From the NCBI GenBank assembly GCA_020348925.1, contig CP070758.1, positions 4,587,775 through 4,651,774 on the forward strand: 64,000 bases of DNA. Direction: 5' to 3'. This DNA comes from Gemmatimonadota bacterium (GTDB taxonomy: Bacteria; JBHIER01; G020348925). Both the position numbers and the translations under genes were made by a program. Position 1 is the stretch's first letter; each line of letters starts with the position of its first letter. The notes under the pieces are model-generated. The model searched no databases, had not been told where the DNA came from, and saw only the letters and a program-made list of their open reading frames with translations. Shown piece by piece: positions 20,273-31,271 of the stretch.

Positions 20273-21931
20273 TTAGAATATTGGTGGCTCGCGGTAGAGG
20301 CCGAAGACACCTCGCAGGACGTCGCATATCTCACCAAGCGTCGCGTACGCCCGTGTCGCGTTCAAAATGCAAGGTATAACATTGTCTGTGCTCTCGGCTG
20401 CTCTGCGGAGTTCTTCCAATGTAGCCTTGACCGCCCCATTGTCCCGTTCTGATTTTAATTTCTTGACACGCTTCACCTGCTCCTCTTCGATCTCGGAATC
20501 GATCGAAAGGATGGGGATATCGATGCTCTCATCACCCTCTACGAAATCGTTCACGCCAACAATGATCTGTTTGCTTTCCTCGATATTCTTTTGATATCGA
20601 TAGGCAGCGTTGGCGATCTCCCTCTGAAAAAAGCCTTTCTCAATAGCTTTGACCACACCGCCCAAGGCTTCGATCTTCTCGAAATACTCCTCTGCCTGCG
20701 CTTCGAGTTTGTTCGTGAGCGATTCCACAAAGTAGGAGCCGGCGAGCGGATCGATGGTATTGGCCGCACCGCTTTCATAGGCGATGATCTGTTGCGTCCG
20801 CAAGGCAATTTTTGCGGCCTTGGCCGAAGGGAGAGCATGGGTCTCGTCCATGGAATTGGTGTGCAACGATTGGGTTCCGCCCAATACGGCGGCCAGAGCT
20901 TCAAAGGCCGTCCTAACAATGTTGTTCTCGGGCTGTTGGGCCGTCAGCGAACACCCGGCTGTCTGCGTGTGGAACCGCATCAAGAGGGATCGCGGATCCT
21001 TCGCCTTATATTTCTCCTTCATGCGTTTCGCCCAAATCCTTCTGGCAGCCCGATACTTGGCGATCTCCTCGAAAAAATCGAGATGCGAATTGAAGAAGAA
21101 CGACAGCCGCGGGGCAAAGACATCGACATCCATGCCCGCCGCCATGCCCGCTTCGACATAAGCAAACCCGTCGGCCAAAGTGAAGGCCAATTCCTGGGCG
21201 GCCGTCGAGCCCGCTTCCCGAATATGGTACCCGCTGATTGAGATCGTATTCCACTTCGGGACATGATCGGCAGCATAGGCCATAATATCCGTAATGATTC
21301 GCATGGATGGTTGCGGCGGGAAGATCCACGACTTTTGAGCAATGTATTCCTTCAGGATATCATTCTGAATCGTACCTCTGAGCTCCCTTGAGGGGACCCC
21401 CTGCTTTTCACCCACACAGATATAAAATGCCCAGAGCATGGCTGCGGGTCCGTTGATCGTCATCGAGGTGCTGACCTTATCCAGGGGGATACCATCAAAC
21501 AACACTTCCATATCAGCCAGGGATGAGATGGCCACACCGCACCGGCCCACCTCCCCCTGCGAGCGCGGATGATCGGAATCGTAGCCCATAATCGTTGGCA
21601 TATCGAAGGCGACGGACAGGCCGGTCTGTCCGTGATTCAACAAATAGTGATAGCGTTCGTTGGACTCTTTGGCGCTGGCAAAACCTGAGAACTGGCGCAT
21701 GGTCCATAACTGACCTCGATACATTGTATCATATACTCCCCGAGTGTAGGGAAATTTCCCCGGTTGCCCGAGATCACGGTCGTAGTCCAATTCCCCGACA
21801 TCCTTTGGAGTGTAAATATCTTTGACCGGCTCTCCAGAAATCGTATTGAATTGGCGCTCCTTTCTTTTCGACTCGATCTTCAGTCTCATACCCTTCGGTT
21901 TGCATGATGCTCCGACACTCTTCGACATCAT
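20273..21931 (-). CDS. icmA: B12-dependent acyl-CoA mutase large subunit, isobutyryl-CoA mutase-like
   Basis: [43 protein letters not shown]; Phe/Gln at the MCM Tyr89/Arg207 positions; ATGA overlap with meaB stop. Confidence 0.85.
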   Translation of the reverse strand: MMSKSVGASCKPKGMRLKIESKRKERQFNTISGEPVKDIYTPKDVGELDYDRDLGQPGKFPYTRGVYDTMYRGQLWTMRQFSGFASAKESNERYHYLLNHGQTGLSVAFDMPTIMGYDSDHPRSQGEVGRCGVAISSLADMEVLFDGIPLDKVSTSMTINGPAAMLWAFYICVGEKQGVPSRELRGTIQNDILKEYIAQKSWIFPPQPSMRIITDIMAYAADHVPKWNTISISGYHIREAGSTAAQELAFTLADGFAYVEAGMAAGMDVDVFAPRLSFFFNSHLDFFEEIAKYRAARRIWAKRMKEKYKAKDPRSLLMRFHTQTAGCSLTAQQPENNIVRTAFEALAAVLGGTQSLHTNSMDETHALPSAKAAKIALRTQQIIAYESGAANTIDPLAGSYFVESLTNKLEAQAEEYFEKIEALGGVVKAIEKGFFQREIANAAYRYQKNIEESKQIIVGVNDFVEGDESIDIPILSIDSEIEEEQVKRVKKLKSERDNGAVKATLEELRRAAESTDNVIPCILNATRAYATLGEICDVLRGVFGLYREPPIF

Positions 21932-22932
21932 TGTTCTCCCTTCATGCACTCACTGTGATTGTAGAATCCTACCATGTGTAAAATTTCTTCTGCCGCTGAA
22001 TGGGGTGTTCCGTTTCCTGTGGTAATTTCATCGACGCGCTTCTTCAAAAATTCTTCGATCCTCGGATCGTTCCAAACTCTGGAATGGAGCTTTTCTTGAA
22101 CGATTCCAACGGTGGCGGCCCGAACCCGTTTTCGACGCTTCTCCGCCAATTTTTCCTTTGAGGCAAGGTACCGGTAGTGTTGATCGATGATGCGTCGCAA
22201 GGCATCAACACCGTCACCCTCATGAGCAACCGTTTTCAATACCGGAACGGTCCATCCCTCTTGATCAGAGGTCATATCCAGAATGACCTCAATCTCGCGA
22301 ACAGCGTTGTCCGCTCCCTCCCGGTCGGCCTTGTTGACGACAAAAATATCCGCAATTTCCATGAGCCCGGCCTTCATGGCCTGGACGCTGTCTCCGGACT
22401 CGGGTACCAGGACAACGACCGTCGTGTCAGCCGCTTCAACAATATCCAGTTCGGATTGGCCCACGCCCACCGTTTCAAAAAGAATCACATCCTTCCCAAA
22501 GGCATCGAACACATCCGCCACATCACTCGTCGTTTTGGCCAATCCCCCCAGGTTCCCTCGAGTGGCCATGCTTCGAATAAAGACTCCGTCATCCATGCCA
22601 ATATCCGTCATTCGGACCCGATCCCCGAGGAGCGCTCCTCCTGAAAAGGGGCTCGTCGGATCAACGGCAATGATGCCCACGGTGACCCCTTCACCCCTGA
22701 GGGTCACCGTGAGCCTGTCGACCAAAGTACTTTTTCCTACTCCCGGGGGACCCGTCACCCCTATTCGATATGCGCGCCCTGTGTGAGGGAAGATTTCCCT
22801 GACAATATCCGAGCTTTCCACCGAATCATCCTCAATTATTGAAATAAGACGAGCGGCGGCCAAACGGTCACCCTCGAGTAATTTTGAGACCAACTCTTTT
22901 GATTTACCACTCTTAAGATTGCGCGAATCCAT
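21928..22932 (-). CDS. meaB: MeaB/ArgK-type GTPase chaperone of B12 mutase
   Basis: [48 protein letters not shown]. Confidence 0.93.
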   Translation of the reverse strand: MDSRNLKSGKSKELVSKLLEGDRLAAARLISIIEDDSVESSDIVREIFPHTGRAYRIGVTGPPGVGKSTLVDRLTVTLRGEGVTVGIIAVDPTSPFSGGALLGDRVRMTDIGMDDGVFIRSMATRGNLGGLAKTTSDVADVFDAFGKDVILFETVGVGQSELDIVEAADTTVVVLVPESGDSVQAMKAGLMEIADIFVVNKADREGADNAVREIEVILDMTSDQEGWTVPVLKTVAHEGDGVDALRRIIDQHYRYLASKEKLAEKRRKRVRAATVGIVQEKLHSRVWNDPRIEEFLKKRVDEITTGNGTPHSAAEEILHMVGFYNHSECMKGEQ

Positions 22933-23196
22933 CAGGACATGTTCTACAGTTTCAGATTAAAAGAAACGATATTTTCCTCTGTGCTCTTCCAGTGTCCGCT
23001 GGTATTCAATAGATCTCCTGAGCAATCGAGCATTGAAATTAGACACCATTAAGAACCACATCTCCTTTTCCCATTTTCTTTCTGAGATCTTTGAACCGGA
23101 CGTGAATTCTGTGGCCCTTCATAGAATCTAAGATAGACGGCCGTACTGAATGACGCAACCGAAAAAGTAACCTTTCGTATCAGGACCTCTTCGATG

Positions 23197-25800
23197 TTAA
23201 CGTCTTTTCCAGGTAAGGGTCACAATACCTCCAGCAGAGGATGCCCCTTTCAACAGCAGTGTGCCTCGGTGTGACCGGTACGTGAGACGATTGTCTCCTC
23301 TTCCGAAGAGATAATAGTAATCAAAGCCCTCGGGTTCTTGGCGGACAACGGCGAACGTGATTGTTGTATCCGCCACCGAATAGGCGCCCGATTCAACGAT
23401 TGAGAACGTCCTGCCGGTCTTATCCTGAAATCCCGGATTTGAAAGAGTAAACGTACTGTCGCTGTTCAAGCTCAGTGTGGCTGACATAAATGTCGTATCT
23501 ATGTCCTCGGAATCCGATCCCTCGAATAGATACGCCCCCACCGATGGGGAACGCAAGCGCCGCAGAGCATCGGTCGCCTCCCCAGCCGATGGACCCCTTG
23601 GATTGAGCCGCAGTACCTGCTGGTACGCCGTACAAGCTTCCTCGGTGAACCCCTGCCCTTCAAGGAGTGCAGCCAACAGAATCCATGCATTATGCATCGT
23701 GGGCAACACCGATATACTGTTCTGAAGAAGTTGAATCGCGGAGAGAGGTCGACCCCTTTTCAACGTCTCGAGTCCAGAATAGTAGAGGAAGGATGCGTAG
23801 CTGAATTGTTCCCCAAACTGTCTCATAGTCTCCATATTATTCGTTGCATACTTTGGATCGAAAACGGGTTGATAATCAACCGGCTCGTCGACCTTGGGTT
23901 CTGCCCCTTCAAGCACTTTGTACACTCGAAAACAATCGTTCTGATACCGCAGGCTGAAGCGGGCCAGTTTTTCAGGATAAAAATGGGCTTTGTGCGTGAA
24001 GCAATTTGAGTTGAGGGACAATCGATCCGCAAGAAACCTCGTTCCGACGATGGAGTCATCGAGGAAATATCTCGATGAATAGATGAAATAATTGACACCG
24101 TACTTCTCACAGTAGCTGAAGAATGCTCTTTCGGAGTTATACAGGGTGTGAGCGAATTCAATGATTTTTCTGCGCATGTTTGCATCTTCGAAAAAAGTAT
24201 GGAGAACCGTTGAGCGATCGGCATACGCCAAAATCTGGGCCGACGTGTGCCAATAGCTGAGGAACACACTTTCGGGTTCCGTGTTACTCTCGATCCAACG
24301 AATCACATCGTTCAGATTGAACACATTTTCTAAGAAAATTTCTTCTCGCACGGGTTGAATACCAAGTGTCGACATCACTCGAAGAGGATCCCAGCCGATC
24401 ACGACCTGATACACCTGATGGACACCTATCAATCCTACCATCGCATAGACAAAGATCTTTTTTTGAAATCGAGTCAGCAAAAGATCGATGGATCGACCCA
24501 TAAACACAGTGAGAAAAAATATGAAGAAGACGTGCAGTCTGGAAAAGAATATATAACTGATAAATGTCGCAGCAAGACTATAGAGGAGGAACTGTTCCCC
24601 CACAGACGTTCTTCCGCGAATAACATCCCGAATGGAGCGGGCCACACCATAGACTCCGGTGACAAGAGGCAATGTGAAATAGGCCAAGAAATTGTACAAG
24701 GAGGGATGGGTGTACCCCGGCACCCAATAGAGTCGAGCCTCAGGAGGCAGGCGAGACGGATCCTGAGGATGCCGAAACAGAAAAAGAATCTGGTAGAGGG
24801 CCGTATAATAGACGTGTCCAAAGCGGCTCGTTTGAGGGAGAAGCACATAGAGACCGACAGACGTACCGAAGACAAAAGCTGTTTTCAGAATGGTTCTCCC
24901 GATGGGTCTGACAAACTGGTCGATGACACCCACAAGGATCATGCTGTACATGAGTATCATGGGCGTCGAGGTGAGAAACAGATCGGCTCTCAGATGAGGG
25001 ACACTCAAGCCGCTGACAAAGGCAAAGGCAAACAGTACCAAAACCGGTACTCTCAGTATGCGCGTCTCTTTCTTCAAAAGAAACTGAAGGAGAACAAAAA
25101 GTACAAAGATGAGAAAGTAGAACCGACACAACTTCCAGGAGGCGAGAGCAATAAAGAGGCACAAACCTGAGATTATTGCGGAAGTGAGCCGAGTTTGAAA
25201 GCTACTTTTCGCATCAATTGATTTCACGAAAAAGGAGGTGTGGAAGAAGAGAAAGGGAAGGGAGAAGTGTTCGCGGGCAAATTCCGTTCCAATGTTCCTC
25301 AGAATGGAAGGGAGGGAGACCGTATACAGGAGTGTTGCGAACAAACCCGCCGCACGTGTTCGTGTGAATTGTCTTGATAAATGGAAGACCGCAAAGATTG
25401 AAAGGCTGGAGAAGAGAATGACGAAATAGCTTACAAAACGATGGAAGGGTATCTCTTGAAATGGGAAAACTCGGTAAAGATACCCAACAACATATTCCTC
25501 CATAATGCTGTCATGAGTCACCTCGAGTCCTTCGGGATGCTGAGCCTGACGGTCGGGGGACGGGATCGGCTTTTCCTCGGCAATCATCTTCGCGTAACGA
25601 TAGTGAGAGGCCGACTCCTTGGCAAAAGGAATGGCCGACAGATCCTCGAAGGTTGGAATCATTTTCGAAAAGAGAGAGAAACGCATTCCGATCCCGAGAA
25701 CGAAGATGGCCACCACAACAATGAGTGTAATTTTTTTGTATTCTCGTTTGCCCATGGGTACGTGAGAGCGCGGAGCTCCCGCTGTTCTACTCTGGCTCAA
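23197..25800 (-). CDS. GT-C multipass glycosyltransferase, DPY19-like, with C-terminal TPR repeats and a beta-rich tail (alternative start ATG 25755)
   Basis: Many TM segments; FAKESASHYRYAK, FAREHFSLPF, ASWK, WIESNTEPESVF, VLHTFFEDANMR; TPR-like helices near the C-terminus. Confidence 0.75.
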   Translation of the reverse strand: MSQSRTAGAPRSHVPMGKREYKKITLIVVVAIFVLGIGMRFSLFSKMIPTFEDLSAIPFAKESASHYRYAKMIAEEKPIPSPDRQAQHPEGLEVTHDSIMEEYVVGYLYRVFPFQEIPFHRFVSYFVILFSSLSIFAVFHLSRQFTRTRAAGLFATLLYTVSLPSILRNIGTEFAREHFSLPFLFFHTSFFVKSIDAKSSFQTRLTSAIISGLCLFIALASWKLCRFYFLIFVLFVLLQFLLKKETRILRVPVLVLFAFAFVSGLSVPHLRADLFLTSTPMILMYSMILVGVIDQFVRPIGRTILKTAFVFGTSVGLYVLLPQTSRFGHVYYTALYQILFLFRHPQDPSRLPPEARLYWVPGYTHPSLYNFLAYFTLPLVTGVYGVARSIRDVIRGRTSVGEQFLLYSLAATFISYIFFSRLHVFFIFFLTVFMGRSIDLLLTRFQKKIFVYAMVGLIGVHQVYQVVIGWDPLRVMSTLGIQPVREEIFLENVFNLNDVIRWIESNTEPESVFLSYWHTSAQILAYADRSTVLHTFFEDANMRRKIIEFAHTLYNSERAFFSYCEKYGVNYFIYSSRYFLDDSIVGTRFLADRLSLNSNCFTHKAHFYPEKLARFSLRYQNDCFRVYKVLEGAEPKVDEPVDYQPVFDPKYATNNMETMRQFGEQFSYASFLYYSGLETLKRGRPLSAIQLLQNSISVLPTMHNAWILLAALLEGQGFTEEACTAYQQVLRLNPRGPSAGEATDALRRLRSPSVGAYLFEGSDSEDIDTTFMSATLSLNSDSTFTLSNPGFQDKTGRTFSIVESGAYSVADTTITFAVVRQEPEGFDYYYLFGRGDNRLTYRSHRGTLLLKGASSAGGIVTLTWKRR

Positions 25801-25904
25801 TGTAAAGATGAAGCATTCTCCTCACCAACAGTGACGTGGTGTCGCTGAGAATCATCTGCGTTTAGCGACGTCTATCACACATGCATACATGGAACCCACG
25901 TGTC

Positions 25905-27032
25905 TCAATTGCCTCGATTCCGGCGGTCACTCCTTAAAATTTTTTTCTGAGGATATTTCTCGAGTATTTCACGAACAGCAGAGAAAACTTCAGTCACATG
26001 AATACCCTCCATGCAATTGAAAAAAGGACAGGCATCCTCAACACATCGCTTGCAGTGAGGAATCCTTGGCATAATAACCGCATGTCCCTCACCGTAAGGA
26101 CCCCATCGACGAGGCCCACAATGGACGATAGGCGGGAAAAGTGCAATGACAGGAGTGGCTATGGCAGCAGCAATGTGCATTGGGCCCGTACTGTTACTCA
26201 CGAAGAGATGGGATCGTTGGATGAGAGCGATATATTCCTTCATGGTAAGCTGGCAGGCTTCGAGAAGAGGTTTCTCTCTCATACGGCGACTCACTTCCGC
26301 AACAAGCGCAGTTTCATCTCTATTGCCTGTTATAATGACTTGAAGACCCAATTCATTCACAATTCGATCGCCAAGTTCAGCAAATTTATATGCCGGCCAA
26401 TCCCTGGCAGATCCGCCACTCCCCGGATGAAGAATGACGAATCTTTCCGATGCATTCATGCCATTCCTCCGAAGTTTTGATTCAATCTTGTGGATCGCAT
26501 CCGGATGAACACGAATGTTGAATCGGACATTTTCAACGACACCTCCCAAGGGATCTAACATATTGAGGTTGTATTCCACCTCGTGTTTCGAGGCGAATCG
26601 GCGATGTTCGTAAATCTTGTCAGTAAATAAAAGTTGATACCAGCGATAGCCCGATCCGATTCTCCTGGGAATTCCTGCGAGAAAGAGAGCCAAGGCCAGT
26701 CTGAAAGTGGGATGGAGGAGAATCGCCAAATGATACCTGCGACTCCGTAGTAATGCGACCAATTGTAGAAAACCCGAGAAGCTTTTATGTTGTCCTTTTT
26801 CATCATCGATCACTATTTCACTCACGTGGGGATGACCCGAGACAAGTTCTCTCGTTAATGGACTCAGCAACATATCCACTGAAGAACTTGGGAAATTCCT
26901 TTTTAACGCCGAAACGACAGGGAGGGATAGCGTCACATCACCTATCTTATCGGTCCGCACAATCAGGATCCGTCTGTCGCTCTCACCGTGCATGTTCCCC
27001 TGCCTCTCTCTCCAACCAGGTCGCACATACAA
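25905..27032 (-). CDS. GT9 (ADP-heptose:LPS heptosyltransferase-like) glycosyltransferase
   Basis: RTDKIGDVTL, ILHPGSGG, VSNSTGPMHIAAA, RWGP; start may be about 26993. Confidence 0.9.
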   Translation of the reverse strand: MYVRPGWRERQGNMHGESDRRILIVRTDKIGDVTLSLPVVSALKRNFPSSSVDMLLSPLTRELVSGHPHVSEIVIDDEKGQHKSFSGFLQLVALLRSRRYHLAILLHPTFRLALALFLAGIPRRIGSGYRWYQLLFTDKIYEHRRFASKHEVEYNLNMLDPLGGVVENVRFNIRVHPDAIHKIESKLRRNGMNASERFVILHPGSGGSARDWPAYKFAELGDRIVNELGLQVIITGNRDETALVAEVSRRMREKPLLEACQLTMKEYIALIQRSHLFVSNSTGPMHIAAAIATPVIALFPPIVHCGPRRWGPYGEGHAVIMPRIPHCKRCVEDACPFFNCMEGIHVTEVFSAVREILEKYPQKKILRSDRRNRGN

Positions 27033-27262
27033 AACATGTTACTCTGTGACATATCAGAAAACCGTGATATTTTTTCGTTCAAGAGCATTCCCACATAACG
27101 AGGGCATCAATCTCTCTCAAAGTATAAACAGATATTCTGGTCATCACCTGAGAAAACGCAGTTCTTTTGAAAGAGGTTATTCCCTTATCATTATGGGTCA
27201 TAAAGATACGATAGTCAGACCGTTTTGCCAAGCTCATATCTCTCTGTTTCGGTGGAAACTGA

Positions 27263-28417
27263 TCACTCTGCTAAAACATGTGATCTCCCCCCATCCAACC
27301 TCTCACCGTTTCGAATGTGGAGATATAATTCTTCCAAGGCTGCAATCATGTGATGGAGATTGAACTTTTTTTCAACCCTCCTTCTCGCCGCTCTCCCCAG
27401 AGCCTTCCTTTTCTCTTCATCCCCGAGTAAGCAGACAAGAGCTTCAGACAAGGCCCTGGCATCCCCGGGTGGGACGAGAGAAACGCACGTACCATCCTCA
27501 ACCACATCGAGAACACCACCTGCTCTCGTAGCCACACATGCTTTCTTCATAGCCATGGCTTCGATCAACACATTTGGAAACGCCTCCGTATAGGAGGTCA
27601 GGGCGAAGAGGTCAAGCGCCGACAGAAGGGTCGGAATATCCTCACGGTGCCCGGTGAAGACGACGGTCTCTCCTAACCCAAGCTCAACGGCGAGTCTTTT
27701 GATTTTCTCCTCATACCAGGACTCATCGGAGCTCGAGCCCCCGACAATAAGAAACTTACTACAGGGGAACTGCTTCCTTACGTTCGAAGCAGCTTTCAAG
27801 AATTCCATATGCCCTTTCGCCGGAGTGATACGGCCCACGATGCCAACGAGGAGCTCCTCCTCCTGAACGGATAATTCATTCCTCACACGGTCCCGATTCT
27901 GGGACTCGGGATCGAAAACATTCAGATCGACCCCGTTGTTGAGTGTGACAACTCTCTTCGGATCGATCGGATAGGCTTCAATGATACGGTGGTGAAGATA
28001 TTCCGACTTGGCGATCAAACAGTCCACATGCATGTATAACCAGCTGTGCAACGGATCGTTTTTCCGCTTTCCAGGCCCGACACCTTTCGATAGAATGACG
28101 CTCCCACCACCAGTACATTCAGTTGCCGGGATGAGGTGCCAGAGATCTTTCGAATAATGGCAGTGCAGAATATCAAACTTCCTCCTCCTCAGGAAACGAC
28201 CCAGTTGGAACGTCAGGGGAGGCTGAAAATATGAATCCAGAGCAATTGCCATGCATTCAAGACCCCTTCCTCGTGACGCCTTGAAGATCGGGCTTCCGGG
28301 AAAACACAGGACGACAACTTCGTGCCCCCGCCCTTCCAATTGAACCGCCAAGTGTACGACCTGCATCTCCATACCACCCCAGGCACGGGAGGAACACATC
28401 TGAAAAATTTTCAGCAT
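27263..28417 (-). CDS. GT4 glycosyltransferase
   Basis: WGGME, VGRITPAKG, EAFPNVLIEAMA. Confidence 0.92.
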   Translation of the reverse strand: MLKIFQMCSSRAWGGMEMQVVHLAVQLEGRGHEVVVLCFPGSPIFKASRGRGLECMAIALDSYFQPPLTFQLGRFLRRRKFDILHCHYSKDLWHLIPATECTGGGSVILSKGVGPGKRKNDPLHSWLYMHVDCLIAKSEYLHHRIIEAYPIDPKRVVTLNNGVDLNVFDPESQNRDRVRNELSVQEEELLVGIVGRITPAKGHMEFLKAASNVRKQFPCSKFLIVGGSSSDESWYEEKIKRLAVELGLGETVVFTGHREDIPTLLSALDLFALTSYTEAFPNVLIEAMAMKKACVATRAGGVLDVVEDGTCVSLVPPGDARALSEALVCLLGDEEKRKALGRAARRRVEKKFNLHHMIAALEELYLHIRNGERLDGGRSHVLAE

Positions 28418-28911
28418 GCGTATCCTCTCACGATGTGTCTCCCAATGGCACTTCTGTCAGGCTCTCTTTTCCTGTGACGAATCTCGACGAGAGTACCCTC
28501 TATGAACGAAATTCCGGACGTCCCATTATTCCGTGAAACTGGCATACAGTGTATTTTCGAAGACAATTCTTTTCACCAAAGAAGCAGGAAACACCTTTCA
28601 CATCTCACGACCCATTCCGGAGGGAAAATCGAAATCCAACACGCCACGCCCTCAAGAACGACACGAGAGTAAGTCCCTTCAAAAAACAGGACGTGACTGA
28701 ACGTGTTGCCAATGCACCCTTCGGTTTTTCCTGTGCTCGCATCGACCAATCTTATCTATAATAAGTATAATTAAAAACTTAGTAAGGAGCAAGTATGATT
28801 ATTTTAAAATGACGAAGGACCATCATCTTCCTCTTTTCCAGACTCCGAAGACTGCTGGTCTGCCTTCACATTGACGGAACCCGAAATAACAAACCATCAT
28901 TTCTTTTAATC

Positions 28912-28940
28912 TTGACTTTACTGCTCGCTGTGTGTAATTT
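28912..28940 (+). promoter_or_regulatory. putative sigma70 promoter of the glycosyltransferase operon
   Basis: TTGACT-17 bp-TAATTT. Confidence 0.4.
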
Positions 28941-28976
28941 AAAAATAGTTGAAAATCATAGTGATAGGAGCATTTG

Positions 28977-29933
28977 ATGACGATTAGTGGTTTTTCATTT
29001 ATCAGAAACGGTATAAAACTCTATTATCCCGTTGTCGAATCCATCAGATCCATTCTCCCAATCTGTGACGAATTTGTTGTTGCAGTCGGCGCAGGAGATG
29101 ATGACGACACGACCCGCGAAAAAATTGCATCCATAGATGATCCCAAGATCAAAATAATCGACACGGTATGGGACAGCAAGTATTTTGTTAAGGGTATTAT
29201 CAATGCGATCCAGACTGATGTCGCAAAAGGAGCTTGTACAGGAGATTGGCTCTTTTATCTGCAGGCAGATGAAGTTATCCACGAAAAATATTTAGCCGTA
29301 ATACAACATCGGTGTGAAGAATTATTGAGCAATGAGAACGTTGAGGGATTTCTTTTCAAGTACAGGCATTTTTGGGGAGATTATTGGCATTATCACGACT
29401 GCCATGGCTGGTATCCGTATGAAATCCGTATTATTCGAAACAGGTCATATATTCATTCCTGGCAAAGTGCGCAATCCTTCCGTCGATTCGATTATTACGA
29501 TAATCCTCGTCAAAAGAATGGTACCCATAAATTGAAGGTTGCACGCATGAATGCGGAAATCTACCATTACGGATGGGTACGACCGCCTTCTATAATGCAA
29601 CAAAAAAAACGGGCATTACACTCTGTACATTGGGGATTCAAAAGGGCTCAGGAGCATTACGATCAACTGAGCCATGAATTCGATTACGGTCCTCTGAATC
29701 GACTGCCCGTTTTTACAGGGACGCACCCCAAGGTCATGGAGGAACGATTGAAGGAAATTGACTGGCAGGATCGTTTACAGTTTTCGGGAAAGCCAAATCC
29801 CCGGCGGGAAAAACACAAGCACGAGAGACTCAAATACCGTTTTCTTACATTTCTTGAGAAAACGATCCATGCCGGTCAACCGATAGGAGGATTCAACAAT
29901 TATATCCTTCTGAAAAATGTACAGGATTTATGA
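28977..29933 (+). CDS. GT2-family glycosyltransferase
   Basis: ISGFSFIRNG, SIRSILPICDEFVVAVG, DWLFYLQADE, YHYGWVRPP; AGGAG RBS. Confidence 0.88.
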   Translation: MTISGFSFIRNGIKLYYPVVESIRSILPICDEFVVAVGAGDDDDTTREKIASIDDPKIKIIDTVWDSKYFVKGIINAIQTDVAKGACTGDWLFYLQADEVIHEKYLAVIQHRCEELLSNENVEGFLFKYRHFWGDYWHYHDCHGWYPYEIRIIRNRSYIHSWQSAQSFRRFDYYDNPRQKNGTHKLKVARMNAEIYHYGWVRPPSIMQQKKRALHSVHWGFKRAQEHYDQLSHEFDYGPLNRLPVFTGTHPKVMEERLKEIDWQDRLQFSGKPNPRREKHKHERLKYRFLTFLEKTIHAGQPIGGFNNYILLKNVQDL

Positions 29934-31153
29934 AGAAGGTACTCATTCTTGCATATCATTTCCCTCCGGAAGGTGGACCCGCTGTCCAGCGAGTCCTCAA
30001 ATTCGTTAAGTATTTACCCCGGTACGACTATTGCCCTCTTGTGCTATCAGCAAAGCATCCCTTAAAAACAATCGATCCGACTTTAGTAGACGATATTCCG
30101 GCTCAGACCAGCCTCTTCCAAGCCAAGGATTGGGGCGCGTACGTCCCTCATGATATCAAAAAATTCATCAAAAGAATGTACATCCCCGACAATCAGGCCA
30201 TGTGGAAATACACCGCGGTCAAAAAAGGAATTGAAATCATTTCACGGGAAAGCGTCCCACTATTATTTTCTTCTTCTCCACCGCATTCTGTCCAGGTCAT
30301 TGCCAAAGAAATTGCTCAAAGAACGGGCGTACCATGGATAGCCGATTTCCGGGATGAATGGACGTTCGATCCCAACTTCCACAGTTCTTCCTTTAAAAAA
30401 ACACAGGCAGAAATGGAACGTGAAGTTCTCCATGAGTGCAGTGCCATTACGACCGTTCAAAATAATGCACGGGAAAATTTTTGCAAAACCACGGACAGAA
30501 AAAAAATATTCGTCATAAGGAATGGATTTGATCCTGACGATTTTGGAGCAATTGAGCATAGGACGCAAATGAACCCGGAGAGATTAATCCTGGCATACAG
30601 CGGACGTTTTACGGTGAAGAGTTCACCCGAATCATTTTTTCAAGCACTCGATTCCGTGTGCAATCACGATCACACAATAAAACAACTCATTGGAATCCGC
30701 ATTATTGGGAAGTCGGGCAACAAGGAATGGATAAAGAAATACCCGATTTTGCACGAAATTGCTGAATTCATCCCCTATCAACCGCATAAGAAATGTCTTT
30801 CCATGCTGAATCAAGCGGACGCTCTCTTGCTCTTGGCCAATAATTTGAAACACGCTGATGTTTTGCCTGCGAAAATGTATGAATATTTTTATTTAAAGAA
30901 ACCTATCTTTGCAGTGACATCGTATCCGGGAGAATTGACTTCGCTGTTGAAGGAGTATGGAAATGCATATATCGGTTATGATACAAATATTAAAACAATA
31001 GAGGACAGTATTCTCAAGTTACTTTCTGATTGGCAAAATGACACCATGCGAGAATCGGTCACAGGTAATTTTGTGAACCGGTTTCACCGAGAAAGATTAA
31101 CGCAATACTTAGCGGCATTATTCGATAGGGTGATCGATAGCAGCCACAATTAA
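29930..31153 (+). CDS. GT4-like glycosyltransferase
   Basis: YHFPPEGGPAVQR, SSPPHS, WIADFRDEW, PAKMYEY; ATGA overlap. Confidence 0.88.
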   Translation: MKKVLILAYHFPPEGGPAVQRVLKFVKYLPRYDYCPLVLSAKHPLKTIDPTLVDDIPAQTSLFQAKDWGAYVPHDIKKFIKRMYIPDNQAMWKYTAVKKGIEIISRESVPLLFSSSPPHSVQVIAKEIAQRTGVPWIADFRDEWTFDPNFHSSSFKKTQAEMEREVLHECSAITTVQNNARENFCKTTDRKKIFVIRNGFDPDDFGAIEHRTQMNPERLILAYSGRFTVKSSPESFFQALDSVCNHDHTIKQLIGIRIIGKSGNKEWIKKYPILHEIAEFIPYQPHKKCLSMLNQADALLLLANNLKHADVLPAKMYEYFYLKKPIFAVTSYPGELTSLLKEYGNAYIGYDTNIKTIEDSILKLLSDWQNDTMRESVTGNFVNRFHRERLTQYLAALFDRVIDSSHN

Positions 31154-31271
31154 AATTGTTTCGCCTGGTGGCCTGTGTCTTGTTATGGCTCATAATACCA
31201 AGATGTCAGCCGCCCTTAGAATAAAAAAGTGAAACAAGTGAAACCGCATTTCTCCGTGGATCAAATCGAAA

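Noticed and set aside
22933-23196. Cobalamin riboswitch upstream of the mutase cluster
   Set aside because: No recognisable B12-box or conserved stems; only a short unsupported ORF
23197-25800. Annotation as PglB/AglB oligosaccharyltransferase
   Set aside because: WWDYG is absent and the other motifs follow the DPY19 pattern; kept only as the alternative hypothesis
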